A stretch of 36,845 nt of DNA from an uncultured Eubacteriales bacterium. GTDB taxonomy: Bacteria > Acidobacteriota > Aminicenantia > Aminicenantales > Aminicenantaceae. The notes beneath the pieces were generated by a model. That model made no database searches, was not told where the DNA came from, and was given only the letters and a program-made list of their open reading frames with translations. Positions 1-8,583 of the stretch are shown here, piece after piece (the stretch's first letter is position 1; every line of letters starts with the position of its first letter). Made by a program: the position numbers and the translations under genes. The DNA lies in the NCBI GenBank assembly GCA_964640835.1, contig CAZXJE010000001.1, positions 1 to 36,845 on the forward strand, read 5' to 3'.

Positions 1-1418
1 GCGCTCACTCCTTGAGAGACCTGTTTCCTGTATATTTTGTAGTTTTTGACTTTTTCATTGTCATTAGAAGAGTTCTTTTTCCATGTAACGATATTCTTTT
101 TTTTGTCCGGCGAGCCATCCAGGGATGTGTTGATACGCACGTTGAGTGGAGGGTAGAGCACGCTGATGATCTCACCGAGCTCTCTGGTGCTGACATACCA
201 AATATTATAGCCACCCGACGAGTTATCTGAATACACTATATGAATCTCTCCCGACTGATCCACATAAACATCAGGAGTGACTGACTCGTGGGAATTCTTG
301 GTTATAGCTGAAGTTGCAGACCAGTTGCCGTCTTGAGAGTATGCGAAATAAATCTGCCATTTTCCACCAGTGCGTTCTTGCCACACAACATAGACATTTC
401 CAGAGTTTCTATCCACTGCGATCCGCGGGAGGTATGATTTCGTTGAAGTGTTCGAGACATTTCGTCTATCCCTCCACGAGCCATTGATTCTGCTCCTGAC
501 AAAGATTTCGCGATTGCCATCTTTATTTTGTATCCAGGCAATATGGACGTTTCCCTGATTGTCTACGGCCATATCGGGTTCACACCAATCCTCGTTGGAT
601 TCTCCGGATACGGAAATTGGCCCAGTCCATTTGTTGACGTCCGTAGGATTGGAATTGCTTGAATACCAGATCACAGAGGAATTTCTGCGGCGTTTGATCC
701 AAATCAGATGCGCTCTCCCTTGCCCATCAACGTCAATTTCTGGAGTGTATGTCCCGCTGCCGAGCGGTAATATCCTGGTGTTGCTCCAACCACTGCTGCT
801 TCGATAGTTAAAATGAAGCCGCCAATGATCTTGGTCGTTAAAATCATCATACCACACCACATAACAGTTGTTGTTCGTCGGGCTTGTCGCTATCGTCGGA
901 CAAGCTGACCCTCCTGATCCCTCTGTAGCAGTTCCCGAGACGTTAACACTGCTTTGCCATCCACTGCTGGAATGTTGTTTATAATAGATCTCGTAATTCG
1001 GATAGGGAGAGACTGCAGTCAGGACATAGTGCAATCTGCCGGCGGTGTCTATCGCAAAGTCCGGCCAGGGACCCGATCCACCGATTTTTATATCCGAAGA
1101 TGTATTCACTGGATTTCCCCAACTACCGCTCTTATTGGTGTTGTAAAAGACGCGTCCATTCCTGCCTGTCCCCTCTATCCAGATCACATGGGCAGCTCCT
1201 GCGGAATCTGCCACAACAAGTGGAGTTGCCGAATTTGCTCCAGAGTTGGAAATTTTTATGGGATTAGAAGGTCCATCGGCAGTTATTTTGGCTTGAGATG
1301 GCGTCAGGTTCTTTTCAGCAATTTGATCTTCAAAAAGAGCTCCTCCGAAGATTAGGGCAGGAACCAAAAACAGAATACTCAGGAGTATTAGCTTGATGTT
1401 CGTGTATCTAATCTTCAT
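1..1418 (-). CDS. Secreted/anchored beta-propeller protein with degenerate BNR/sialidase-like blades and the start of an Fn3-like domain. The 5' end is complete; the 3' end runs off the left window edge.
   Basis: Not in the supplied ORF track because there is no stop in the window. Manual reverse-complement translation from ATG 1418..1416 stays open for 472 codons down to position 3. AGGAG at 1427-1431 lies 8 nt upstream of the ATG. The translation begins MKIRYTNIKLILLSILFLVPALIFGG..., a hydrophobic N-terminus. Recurring blade motifs include AAHVIWIEG, CYVVWYDD, RAHLIWIKR, GNVHIAWIQN, GNVYVVWQER and GEIHIVYSDN. The end, YPPLNVRINTSL..NIVTWKKNSSND, aligns with YSPLNLELITHL..NSLTWDENPDNE of ORF 8584..10443. 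Confidence 0.8.
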   Translation of the reverse strand, partial: MKIRYTNIKLILLSILFLVPALIFGGALFEDQIAEKNLTPSQAKITADGPSNPIKISNSGANSATPLVVADSAGAAHVIWIEGTGRNGRVFYNTNKSGSWGNPVNTSSDIKIGGSGPWPDFAIDTAGRLHYVLTAVSPYPNYEIYYKQHSSSGWQSSVNVSGTATEGSGGSACPTIATSPTNNNCYVVWYDDFNDQDHWRLHFNYRSSSGWSNTRILPLGSGTYTPEIDVDGQGRAHLIWIKRRRNSSVIWYSSNSNPTDVNKWTGPISVSGESNEDWCEPDMAVDNQGNVHIAWIQNKDGNREIFVRSRINGSWRDRRNVSNTSTKSYLPRIAVDRNSGNVYVVWQERTGGKWQIYFAYSQDGNWSATSAITKNSHESVTPDVYVDQSGEIHIVYSDNSSGGYNIWYVSTRELGEIISVLYPPLNVRINTSLDGSPDKKKNIVTWKKNSSNDNEKVKNYKIYRKQVSQGVS

Positions 1419-1673
1419 TTTTACATCTCCTAAGTTTTTAGCGCAAAGGTTAATGTTATAGTTTACTATTGTTGTCAATTAAGTAAAGTAAAATTTAGCT
1501 TCATAGAAAGGTTAAGTTTTCTCCGCTGTATAGTCAAGGCTCCTTTAAGGTGAAATTGGAGATGATTTTTTCACCCTTTCCGATTAGTCGTTTTGGATGA
1601 GGAAGCTCGCCATGAGAGAAATAGGGGTGAATGGACCTAAATTGATCATAGAATGTGATAAGATAAATTCAGG

Positions 1674-1702
1674 TTGAAAATAAATATTCATATCAATACA
1701 AT
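1674..1702 (+). promoter_or_regulatory. Sigma70-type promoter candidate for the GT-C gene at 1721
   Basis: TTGAAA (1674-1679), 17-nt spacer, TACAAT (1697-1702). The ATG lies 19 nt downstream of the -10, giving a very short leader with no Shine-Dalgarno sequence. Confidence 0.45.
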
Positions 1703-1720
1703 AATGTCTCTTTATGATTT

Positions 1721-3877
1721 ATGCGTGAGGATAGGAGATTTGATTTGTCTCTGAAAAAGAAACACATCCCTTTGCTGATCAGCATTTTAATCGGGATATT
1801 CAGCATAATTTATTACCTATTGTATTATAAATATTTCAAAATTGATGTTGATGGAGGATTGCTCATTAATGGAGCAATGCGGGTCCTATCAGGGGAGCTG
1901 CCTCTGAAAGACTTCCATCAATACACATTGGGAAGATATTATTTACTAGCGGCATGGTTTCTTTTATTTGGAAAAAGTATTGCAGTGGAAAGATTGTTGT
2001 TTGTTGTCCTGCATACAATAAAGAACATTCTTGCCTTTCACGTTTCGAGAAAAATTATGCCCTTGCCCTTCAGTTTGATTCCATCAGCCCTGCTCCTGCT
2101 AATGCCTGGATTCTGGGTAAAGGCCTTTGTCAATTTAATTTTATTAGTCAATATCTATTTTATATTAAAATATATCGCGAATCCCAAAAAATTGAATTTG
2201 TTCCTCCTTGGATTATCCGTTGGGTTTTCCGTCTTTTTCCGAGAAGATCTTGCAGGCTATAGTTTTATCACGGTCTGTATCCTGCTGTTTCTTTTAGGAA
2301 TTTCAGAGAAATCCAAGTTTGCAGCTATACTGAATAAAGGGGTGTCTTTTGGCCTGTCGGTCTTTTTGGCTGTCCTGCCAATAATTCTTCTTTACTGGCT
2401 TAGAGATGGACTTGCTGAGTTTATCGAAGGAATCTATCAGACAGTTCAGTTAGGACATATAGAATCTTACGCCTTTAGGTCTCCTTTGGTTTTCTTAAAA
2501 TGGCCAATTGACATTAAAGATAGAGATCTTGGTCTGTCTTTTCCTTATCTTTGCATGGCACTTTTTTTTGTGATCGGTCTTATTCTTCTTTCACGGTTCT
2601 TTACAAAGCGGACTGATAAAAAAATCCAGAATTTTTCTCTTTTGAGTATCTGGATACTTGCTTTATTCTCATTCACTCACATATGGCATTGGACTCATGA
2701 ATCAAGAATTCCTCAAAGCGGGGCGTTGATCTATATTTTATTGGCATATTTGATATGTTTTGTCTATTCTCGACTGAAGCAGACGTGGAAAAGAAAAAAG
2801 TTTTTTTTCGATGTAAAAACTGCAGCATGGTCAGTTGTGTTTGTTATGTGTTTATCGATCCTGTTTTTTTACATCTATTTCAATTTCTTTAGTCATCCTA
2901 TGGTTCAGTATGACAGCGGAGGGATAGCTTTGCGAGGTGGGGTTCACCGAGAGATTTTAGGAACAGATAGGGCTGAGATTTATCCTCCTGCTCGTCAAGC
3001 GATGGTTTACAGCAAAATCCTGTCGTATATTGATAATAATACATCTTCAGAGGACCGCATCTTGTGCTTTGGAGAAAGCCCGCTTTACTTTTTATCCCAA
3101 CGGAAGAATGCAACTGAATTTGATAACGGAAGAATCCCTGGCTATTTTCCGGAAAAAAGGAAGAAGTTTCTATCACAAATCAAAAACAACAAGCCAAAGA
3201 TCATTGTTTTCAGACAATGGGAATTCAGATTTTGGTATCCTAAGATGCCGGACGTGCTTGATTTCATAACCTCCAATTATTTTTATGACACAAAAATTTA
3301 TAATTTCTATATTTTTTCCTCTATCGACAATTCCAATAAATACATCACAAAAGGTAACTCTTTTTTCTGGAATAACGAGATTGAGAAGTCTGCAGCGGCT
3401 TACTTAAAGGCCCTGGAGATACAAAACAAAAATCGCGATGTGCATAGAGTTTTGAGCAGGTTTTTTTCTAACAATAATATCTCAAAAAGGGCTTTGACTG
3501 TTCTTGATGGTTATTATGTGCAGAAGACCAAAGGTGTTTGGCGATTGAGATGGGGGAGTAAAGAAAAAAAGAGCTTTTCTGGCAAAATTATTGTCACTGA
3601 CACTGAAAAAATGGAGAGAGTAATCCTGGACGTCCAGCCTTACTCTCAGAGTGAGAAATCAATAATTCTTACTCAAACTGGAAATACCATTGAATATATT
3701 TCTAAAATTCCAAATAATATTGGCGGCCTTGACATGATCTTTTCCGAAACCCATCCTCCTTTTTCAGTACAGTTTGATTTGAAAAAAGATGGGGAAAAAA
3801 TTGAAAGAGTTTTTGTATCGAGGAGAGGATACGTTTATGTCGACAATTCATTTGAACTCAAAAAAGCAGCAAAATAG
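1721..3877 (+). CDS. Polytopic membrane glycosyltransferase, GT-C fold (ArnT/PMT_2-like), with a soluble C-terminal domain
   Basis: 718-aa ORF. About 11-12 hydrophobic segments occupy the first ~400 aa. The first loop is acidic (KIDVDGGLLINGAMRVLSGELPLKDF), as in polyprenyl-phosphate-sugar-dependent GT-C enzymes. The ~300-aa C-terminal region has one TPR-like stretch (AAAYLKALEIQNKNRD) and a beta-rich tail. The family call is less certain than for the other two GT-C genes. Confidence 0.7.
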   Translation: MREDRRFDLSLKKKHIPLLISILIGIFSIIYYLLYYKYFKIDVDGGLLINGAMRVLSGELPLKDFHQYTLGRYYLLAAWFLLFGKSIAVERLLFVVLHTIKNILAFHVSRKIMPLPFSLIPSALLLLMPGFWVKAFVNLILLVNIYFILKYIANPKKLNLFLLGLSVGFSVFFREDLAGYSFITVCILLFLLGISEKSKFAAILNKGVSFGLSVFLAVLPIILLYWLRDGLAEFIEGIYQTVQLGHIESYAFRSPLVFLKWPIDIKDRDLGLSFPYLCMALFFVIGLILLSRFFTKRTDKKIQNFSLLSIWILALFSFTHIWHWTHESRIPQSGALIYILLAYLICFVYSRLKQTWKRKKFFFDVKTAAWSVVFVMCLSILFFYIYFNFFSHPMVQYDSGGIALRGGVHREILGTDRAEIYPPARQAMVYSKILSYIDNNTSSEDRILCFGESPLYFLSQRKNATEFDNGRIPGYFPEKRKKFLSQIKNNKPKIIVFRQWEFRFWYPKMPDVLDFITSNYFYDTKIYNFYIFSSIDNSNKYITKGNSFFWNNEIEKSAAAYLKALEIQNKNRDVHRVLSRFFSNNNISKRALTVLDGYYVQKTKGVWRLRWGSKEKKSFSGKIIVTDTEKMERVILDVQPYSQSEKSIILTQTGNTIEYISKIPNNIGGLDMIFSETHPPFSVQFDLKKDGEKIERVFVSRRGYVYVDNSFELKKAAK

Positions 3878-3917
3878 AGGCTGAATCCTAACAATTCAAA
3901 AAAATCAGGGAAAGAGT

Positions 3918-5279
3918 TCATCTGTCTTTATAAAAAGAAAAAAGAAACCGGAACGCGGAAAGACCCATTGCAATAATTCGATTTATTCCAAACAGGGAGA
4001 TAAATCTTAAGACTTTTTTGGGCCTCAGATAAAACCGGAAATAAGCATTTTTCCTTATTCTTTTCAGGTCAAATTCATAATTATAGGGATCATAGTCGTA
4101 CCGGATATTGTTCCAGTTCAATTGGATGTCTTTCTGGACTGATTCAAACAGCCTGCTTCCTGGGAAGGGAGTGGCTATGTAAAATTCGGCAAAATCCGGG
4201 TCAATTTCTCTTGAAAATAGGATTGTTTGTTTGAGAGTCGCATCTGTTTCTCCAGGAAATCCTAAAACAAAATGTCCGATTGAAATTAATCCTACCTCAC
4301 GACAGATACGGATGGCTTTTTTTGATTGCTCTAGAGTGATTTTCTTTCCGCAAAGGTCCAATATTGTTTGGTTTCCGCTTTCGACTCCAAAAGAAACCAT
4401 CCAACATCCTGCTTTTTTCATGGCTTCAGCCATTTCTTTATCGAATGTATCAACCCTGCTGTTGCAGATCCAATGAATACCTAAATTTTCCTGAATCATT
4501 CGGGCGCACAACTCTAGCACGTATTCTTTTTTGAATGTAAAAAGGTCCGTGTGAAAAAAGATATCTTTCACATGTTTTGCAACGGCCTTCAGTTCTGCAA
4601 TGACTTCATTAACTTCCCGAAACCTTATTTTTTTTCCATAATAATAAGGGACCACACAGAATGAACAGTCATAAGGGCACCCGCGAGCTGTTGAGACCAA
4701 AACATAACTCTTCCGCTTAATAGGAATTTTATAATTATCAAGATCAATCAGATCCCAGGCGGGAACTTTGAAGTGGGATATTCCTGTCTTATTAGGTGGG
4801 GATAGAACAATTTTGTCCTTTGTTTTATAGGCAATCCCCTCCAGATTATTCATATCTCCTGATGCAATGCGGACTGCTGGGATTTCGGGATCGTTTAGAA
4901 TGACATAATCAATATAGTCCTCTCGAATGATATCTTCAGAGAAATATGTCGCATGCACTCCGAAAACGGCAATTTTTGCCTTTGATTGGTTTTTTATCTG
5001 TTTTAATACTCGGAGATCTTCGCTGACAGTAGGGGTGGAAATCGAGGAAATTATCAAATCGGCATTAAATTCATCGATTGTTTTCAAAATCGCATGTAGA
5101 TCTTTCTCCTCTGCAATTGCATCGATAATAATGACGTTGTGTTGCTCTCTCAAGAAAGATGCGATGGTGGCAAGAGAGAGTGGAGGATAAACAGAATCCC
5201 AGATCGCTGCTTCGTGTTGGCACCGTCCTTCTCTGACTACCTTGAAAAAATATGGGGGGTTTAAAAGAATGATGTTCAA
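3918..5279 (-). CDS. Cobalamin (B12)-binding-domain radical SAM enzyme (class B type)
   Basis: 453-aa ORF. The N-terminal MNIILLNPPYF...LSLATIASFLRE...IIIDAI region is typical of the B12-binding-type domain of this family. CxxxCxxC cluster motif: TARGCPYDCSFCVVP. The TTG start lies 2 nt after the stop of the upstream GT2 gene (TGA-AA-TTG). Confidence 0.88.
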   Translation of the reverse strand: MNIILLNPPYFFKVVREGRCQHEAAIWDSVYPPLSLATIASFLREQHNVIIIDAIAEEKDLHAILKTIDEFNADLIISSISTPTVSEDLRVLKQIKNQSKAKIAVFGVHATYFSEDIIREDYIDYVILNDPEIPAVRIASGDMNNLEGIAYKTKDKIVLSPPNKTGISHFKVPAWDLIDLDNYKIPIKRKSYVLVSTARGCPYDCSFCVVPYYYGKKIRFREVNEVIAELKAVAKHVKDIFFHTDLFTFKKEYVLELCARMIQENLGIHWICNSRVDTFDKEMAEAMKKAGCWMVSFGVESGNQTILDLCGKKITLEQSKKAIRICREVGLISIGHFVLGFPGETDATLKQTILFSREIDPDFAEFYIATPFPGSRLFESVQKDIQLNWNNIRYDYDPYNYEFDLKRIRKNAYFRFYLRPKKVLRFISLFGINRIIAMGLSAFRFLFSFYKDR

Positions 5280-5281
5280 TT

Positions 5282-5950
5282 TCAGATGAGATTTTTAATA
5301 AAACTCCAGATATACCTGAACCAAACCTTTTTCAAACGTATGACTGACTCTCCGTATTCTCTTTTATATTCGTGTGTTGGGACCTCATCCACTCGGAAGC
5401 CCTTCTTCAAACATTTCATCGCCATTTCTTGTTCGATAGTTGTGATGTTTTCCTTGAGGTTCAATTGCCGTGCAACTTCTGTTCTTATCGCCCTAAAACC
5501 GTTTTGGCTGTCTGTCAAATGAACCTTCCACCGCTTGTTGATACCGATTAGAATAATGTCGCTGCCGATCATCCGCAATAATTTTTCAACGTCGCCATGG
5601 AGTTCATCACTTCCTCCCATTCCGCGGGAGCCAACAACCAAATCCGCTTTGCCTTCTTGGATGGGCTTAACCAATCTGGGAATGTCCTCAGGGTCATGCG
5701 ATCCATCGGCATCTATGAACACAATGATGTCCCCTTTAGCCTCTTGAATTCCGACTCTGAGGCCGTCTCCTTTTCCCTTTCCATGGTCAAGAACAACCCG
5801 CACTCCTAGTTCCTCTGAAATTTTTCTTGTATTGTCTGAAGAATGTCCATCAATGATTAGCAACTCATCAGCATGTTTTTTACACCGGGTAATGATTTTT
5901 TCTATACTGCGTTCTTCATTTTTGGTCGGGATGATTACGGTTACTTTCAT
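5282..5950 (-). CDS. Family 2 glycosyltransferase, soluble, ALG5/DPM1-like (candidate polyprenyl-phosphate hexose synthase)
   Basis: 222-aa ORF. GT-A motifs: VTVIIPTKNEE, DGHSSDNT, GKGKGDGLRVGIQEAKGDIIVFIDADGSH (DxD). No TM segment. Confidence 0.85.
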   Translation of the reverse strand: MKVTVIIPTKNEERSIEKIITRCKKHADELLIIDGHSSDNTRKISEELGVRVVLDHGKGKGDGLRVGIQEAKGDIIVFIDADGSHDPEDIPRLVKPIQEGKADLVVGSRGMGGSDELHGDVEKLLRMIGSDIILIGINKRWKVHLTDSQNGFRAIRTEVARQLNLKENITTIEQEMAMKCLKKGFRVDEVPTHEYKREYGESVIRLKKVWFRYIWSFIKNLI

Positions 5951-6087
5951 TTGATTTTTTCAGAATAATAGCATTCCGTTCCCTCTTTGTCAAAGTTCCC
6001 TCGCATCTTTTTGCTATTCTCATTGTCAGACATGATATTTCTGATATCTTCAATGGTAGCCCAACTGGAGCCAGTCATATAAATAAC

Positions 6088-6116
6088 TTGACGGAGGGTG
6101 AAGTCTTATTTATATA
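6088..6116 (+). promoter_or_regulatory. Sigma70-type promoter candidate that would give a leaderless or near-leaderless mRNA for the GT-C gene
   Basis: TTGACG (6088-6093), 17-nt spacer, TATATA (6111-6116). The in-frame ATG at 6125 lies 8 nt after the -10. The track's GTG start at 6098 sits inside the spacer. Confidence 0.5.
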
Positions 6117-6124
6117 GTACTATT

Positions 6125-8527
6125 ATGTTCGCAAGTCTTGGTGATAGTTCCCACACAAAGAACATTTTTATCCTCATTGTTGTTTTAGCCATAGTGACTC
6201 GGATGGTTGGGATATCATTCGGCCTTCCTTATCTTTACCATGTCGATGAGGCACGATTTGCAAAAATCTCCATCACCTATTTTATCGGAGACTTGAATCC
6301 ACATTTTTTTCACGTCCCCTCATTGCATACATATATGGTTGCGGGCCTGTGGGGAGGGTATTATATCTGGGGAAAAATATCGGGAAAATTTTCATCCATC
6401 GCTGACTTCATGGAGTCGTTTGATGAAGGCGCCACCCCGTATGTGATTATCGCGCGGTTATTATCTGTCCTGCTGAGCATCGGGACCATTCTTTTGGTTT
6501 TCTACCTGGGGAAGAAGATGTATAACCCTAGAGTTGGAATCCTGGCATCCGTATTTCTCATATTCTCTCCTGTGCACAGCAAAATTTCTCATTATATGGT
6601 TCCAGATGTTCCTATGGTTTTTTTCATTTTAATCTCGTTTGTGTGTATATGGTTTATTTACACAAAAGGAGATACCAAGTTTTATATTCTGGCAGGGTTT
6701 TTTGCGGGAATAGCCACAGCCACAAAGTTCGGCGGCCAACTTCTCTTTCTACCGTTATTCCTCGCTCACATTTTCTATGTTTTGGGAAAAAAACAATCTG
6801 TCAAAAACATTTTCTTTAGCCATAAGCTCATACTGTCGGTAGTCTTTTTCTTCGGGGGTTTTTTGGCGGGCTGTCCTTATGCCATTATAGACTTCCCCAA
6901 ATTCTGGAATGATTTTAAATGGCAGTCACAACATTTGCTGCAGGTAGGGCACTATGGCTCTTCCACTGCTCAATCAGCTTGGTTGTTTTATATCCGGCAT
7001 GGATTGGCCGAGAACGTTGGAAAATTTATCCAGTATTTCGTCTATGGCGGAGTTCTTTATGGCTTAGCACACCGCAGAAAGAAAGACCTAATCTTGATTG
7101 TTTTTCCCCTTGTACTTTTTGTACTCATCGGGAGTTGGAAGTCAATGGCAGCAAGATATCTCCTTCCTTTAATCCCTTTCTTTTGCCTTATCGCCGCACT
7201 CTTTCTTGATGTGATCCTCTCCAAATTAAAAGCTTTTTTGGAAAGATACGACTCGGCTTCAATGTTTCATAAAAGAATGAATAAAATCCTCATTTGCTCT
7301 GTGGTGATGATCTTTCTTATTCCCAATGTCCTCAAAATAATGAGATTCAACTCTCTCCTCACTCAAGAAGACACCCGAACTGTGGCTAAGAAGTGGATAA
7401 ACGATAATTTGCCCAGAGGCTCTTCTCTTGCTTTAGAAAGTTATGGGCCGCCCCTATCGAGGGAGGATTACAGCCTGATTCGCCGACACACCTTGGGAAA
7501 TGTTCACCTGGATTGGTTGGCCCAACGCAAAGTTGAGTATGTGATTGTCAGTGACATAATGTACGCTAGATTTACACGTTATCCCTCAGAATTCCCAAAA
7601 CAGGCTAATTTCTATAAGTCTCTAGATGACCAAACGATGCTGATAAAGACATTCACGCCAAAATGGGACGAGTATCTGATTGATCTTCACAATCCAACGA
7701 TAAAAGTCTATCGGCTTAGTAGATATCCGAATTACACATTTCCTGGCAATTTTGTTCAGTATGCTCAGAGTGTTGATCTCATCAAAGGAGAACGTGAAGA
7801 ATGGAAGTTGAAGAGCGTAATCAAATACACCGGGCTAGTGGACGGGAGTGAAATTGTAAAAAATCCTTATGTAAAAATTGTCGATTCCGAGGGGGATGAA
7901 GTTTTCAAGCTTTTCGTCCATGAGGGAGAGATGGCCACATGCGATCGCTATTCCTCCATTGAAGCCAGTGAATCCTTCCCTCTATCAGAAGGGGATAAAA
8001 TATATATCGGTTATGAGTATGATATGTTGTCCGATACATCAGACTTTGATTTGAGTGACCCATTGATAAAAGAGTATCTTCTTGTGGATGCGGTAAAAGG
8101 AAGCTCTCTTGTGAAGAGGAAAAGCTTGAAATTCATTTTCCTTTACACCTGCTTTCCCAACACAAGAGGAGATGATTATTTCCAGGTTGTCACTCTTTCG
8201 AAAGACTCATCCGTTTGGAATCTCTTCAGCACTGTTTTTGGGGGGGAGCTTCGCATAGGTGATGATTTTGTACTCAATCCATTTGTTCAAATTACAGATG
8301 TGGATGGAAATGAATTCAAGAAAATGTCTATTTTTGAAGGCAGAGTCGGCTCTTATGAGGCAAAAAGAAGAGCGTTTAGCCGTAAATCACTCAGATTTTC
8401 TTTGCTCCCGAAGGACTTCAGAGTTTTTGTGGGGTATGACTCTTATTATGATAATCAATATCCAGCAAATGCTGGTGGGCCCACAGTGATTGAAATCGCT
8501 GTGCCCCAATATGGAGAGATAAAGTGA
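6125..8527 (+). CDS. GT-C membrane glycosyltransferase, family 39 / ArnT-PMT_2-like, with a large C-terminal extracytoplasmic domain
   Basis: The ORF track gives 6098..8527 (809 aa, GTG start). I prefer ATG 6125 because of the promoter geometry. First-loop motif: GLPYLYHVDEARFAKISITYFIGDLNPHFFHVPSLHTY (DE + PS-L), typical of COG1807-type transferases. More than 10 TM segments are present. The ~350-aa C-terminal region contains an internally duplicated beta-rich module. Confidence 0.85.
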   Translation: MFASLGDSSHTKNIFILIVVLAIVTRMVGISFGLPYLYHVDEARFAKISITYFIGDLNPHFFHVPSLHTYMVAGLWGGYYIWGKISGKFSSIADFMESFDEGATPYVIIARLLSVLLSIGTILLVFYLGKKMYNPRVGILASVFLIFSPVHSKISHYMVPDVPMVFFILISFVCIWFIYTKGDTKFYILAGFFAGIATATKFGGQLLFLPLFLAHIFYVLGKKQSVKNIFFSHKLILSVVFFFGGFLAGCPYAIIDFPKFWNDFKWQSQHLLQVGHYGSSTAQSAWLFYIRHGLAENVGKFIQYFVYGGVLYGLAHRRKKDLILIVFPLVLFVLIGSWKSMAARYLLPLIPFFCLIAALFLDVILSKLKAFLERYDSASMFHKRMNKILICSVVMIFLIPNVLKIMRFNSLLTQEDTRTVAKKWINDNLPRGSSLALESYGPPLSREDYSLIRRHTLGNVHLDWLAQRKVEYVIVSDIMYARFTRYPSEFPKQANFYKSLDDQTMLIKTFTPKWDEYLIDLHNPTIKVYRLSRYPNYTFPGNFVQYAQSVDLIKGEREEWKLKSVIKYTGLVDGSEIVKNPYVKIVDSEGDEVFKLFVHEGEMATCDRYSSIEASESFPLSEGDKIYIGYEYDMLSDTSDFDLSDPLIKEYLLVDAVKGSSLVKRKSLKFIFLYTCFPNTRGDDYFQVVTLSKDSSVWNLFSTVFGGELRIGDDFVLNPFVQITDVDGNEFKKMSIFEGRVGSYEAKRRAFSRKSLRFSLLPKDFRVFVGYDSYYDNQYPANAGGPTVIEIAVPQYGEIK

Positions 8528-8583
8528 TTTTATTCCCCTGGTTATTATCGGCTGTACTTTTCGATTCTATTTAGAGAAGGGAT

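Noticed and set aside
1549-1575. Hairpin GGTGAAA-N13-TTTCACC in the divergent 1419..1720 spacer
   Set aside because: It lies upstream of both flanking genes, so it is not a terminator. It has no flanking conserved motif and I recognise no riboswitch-like architecture.
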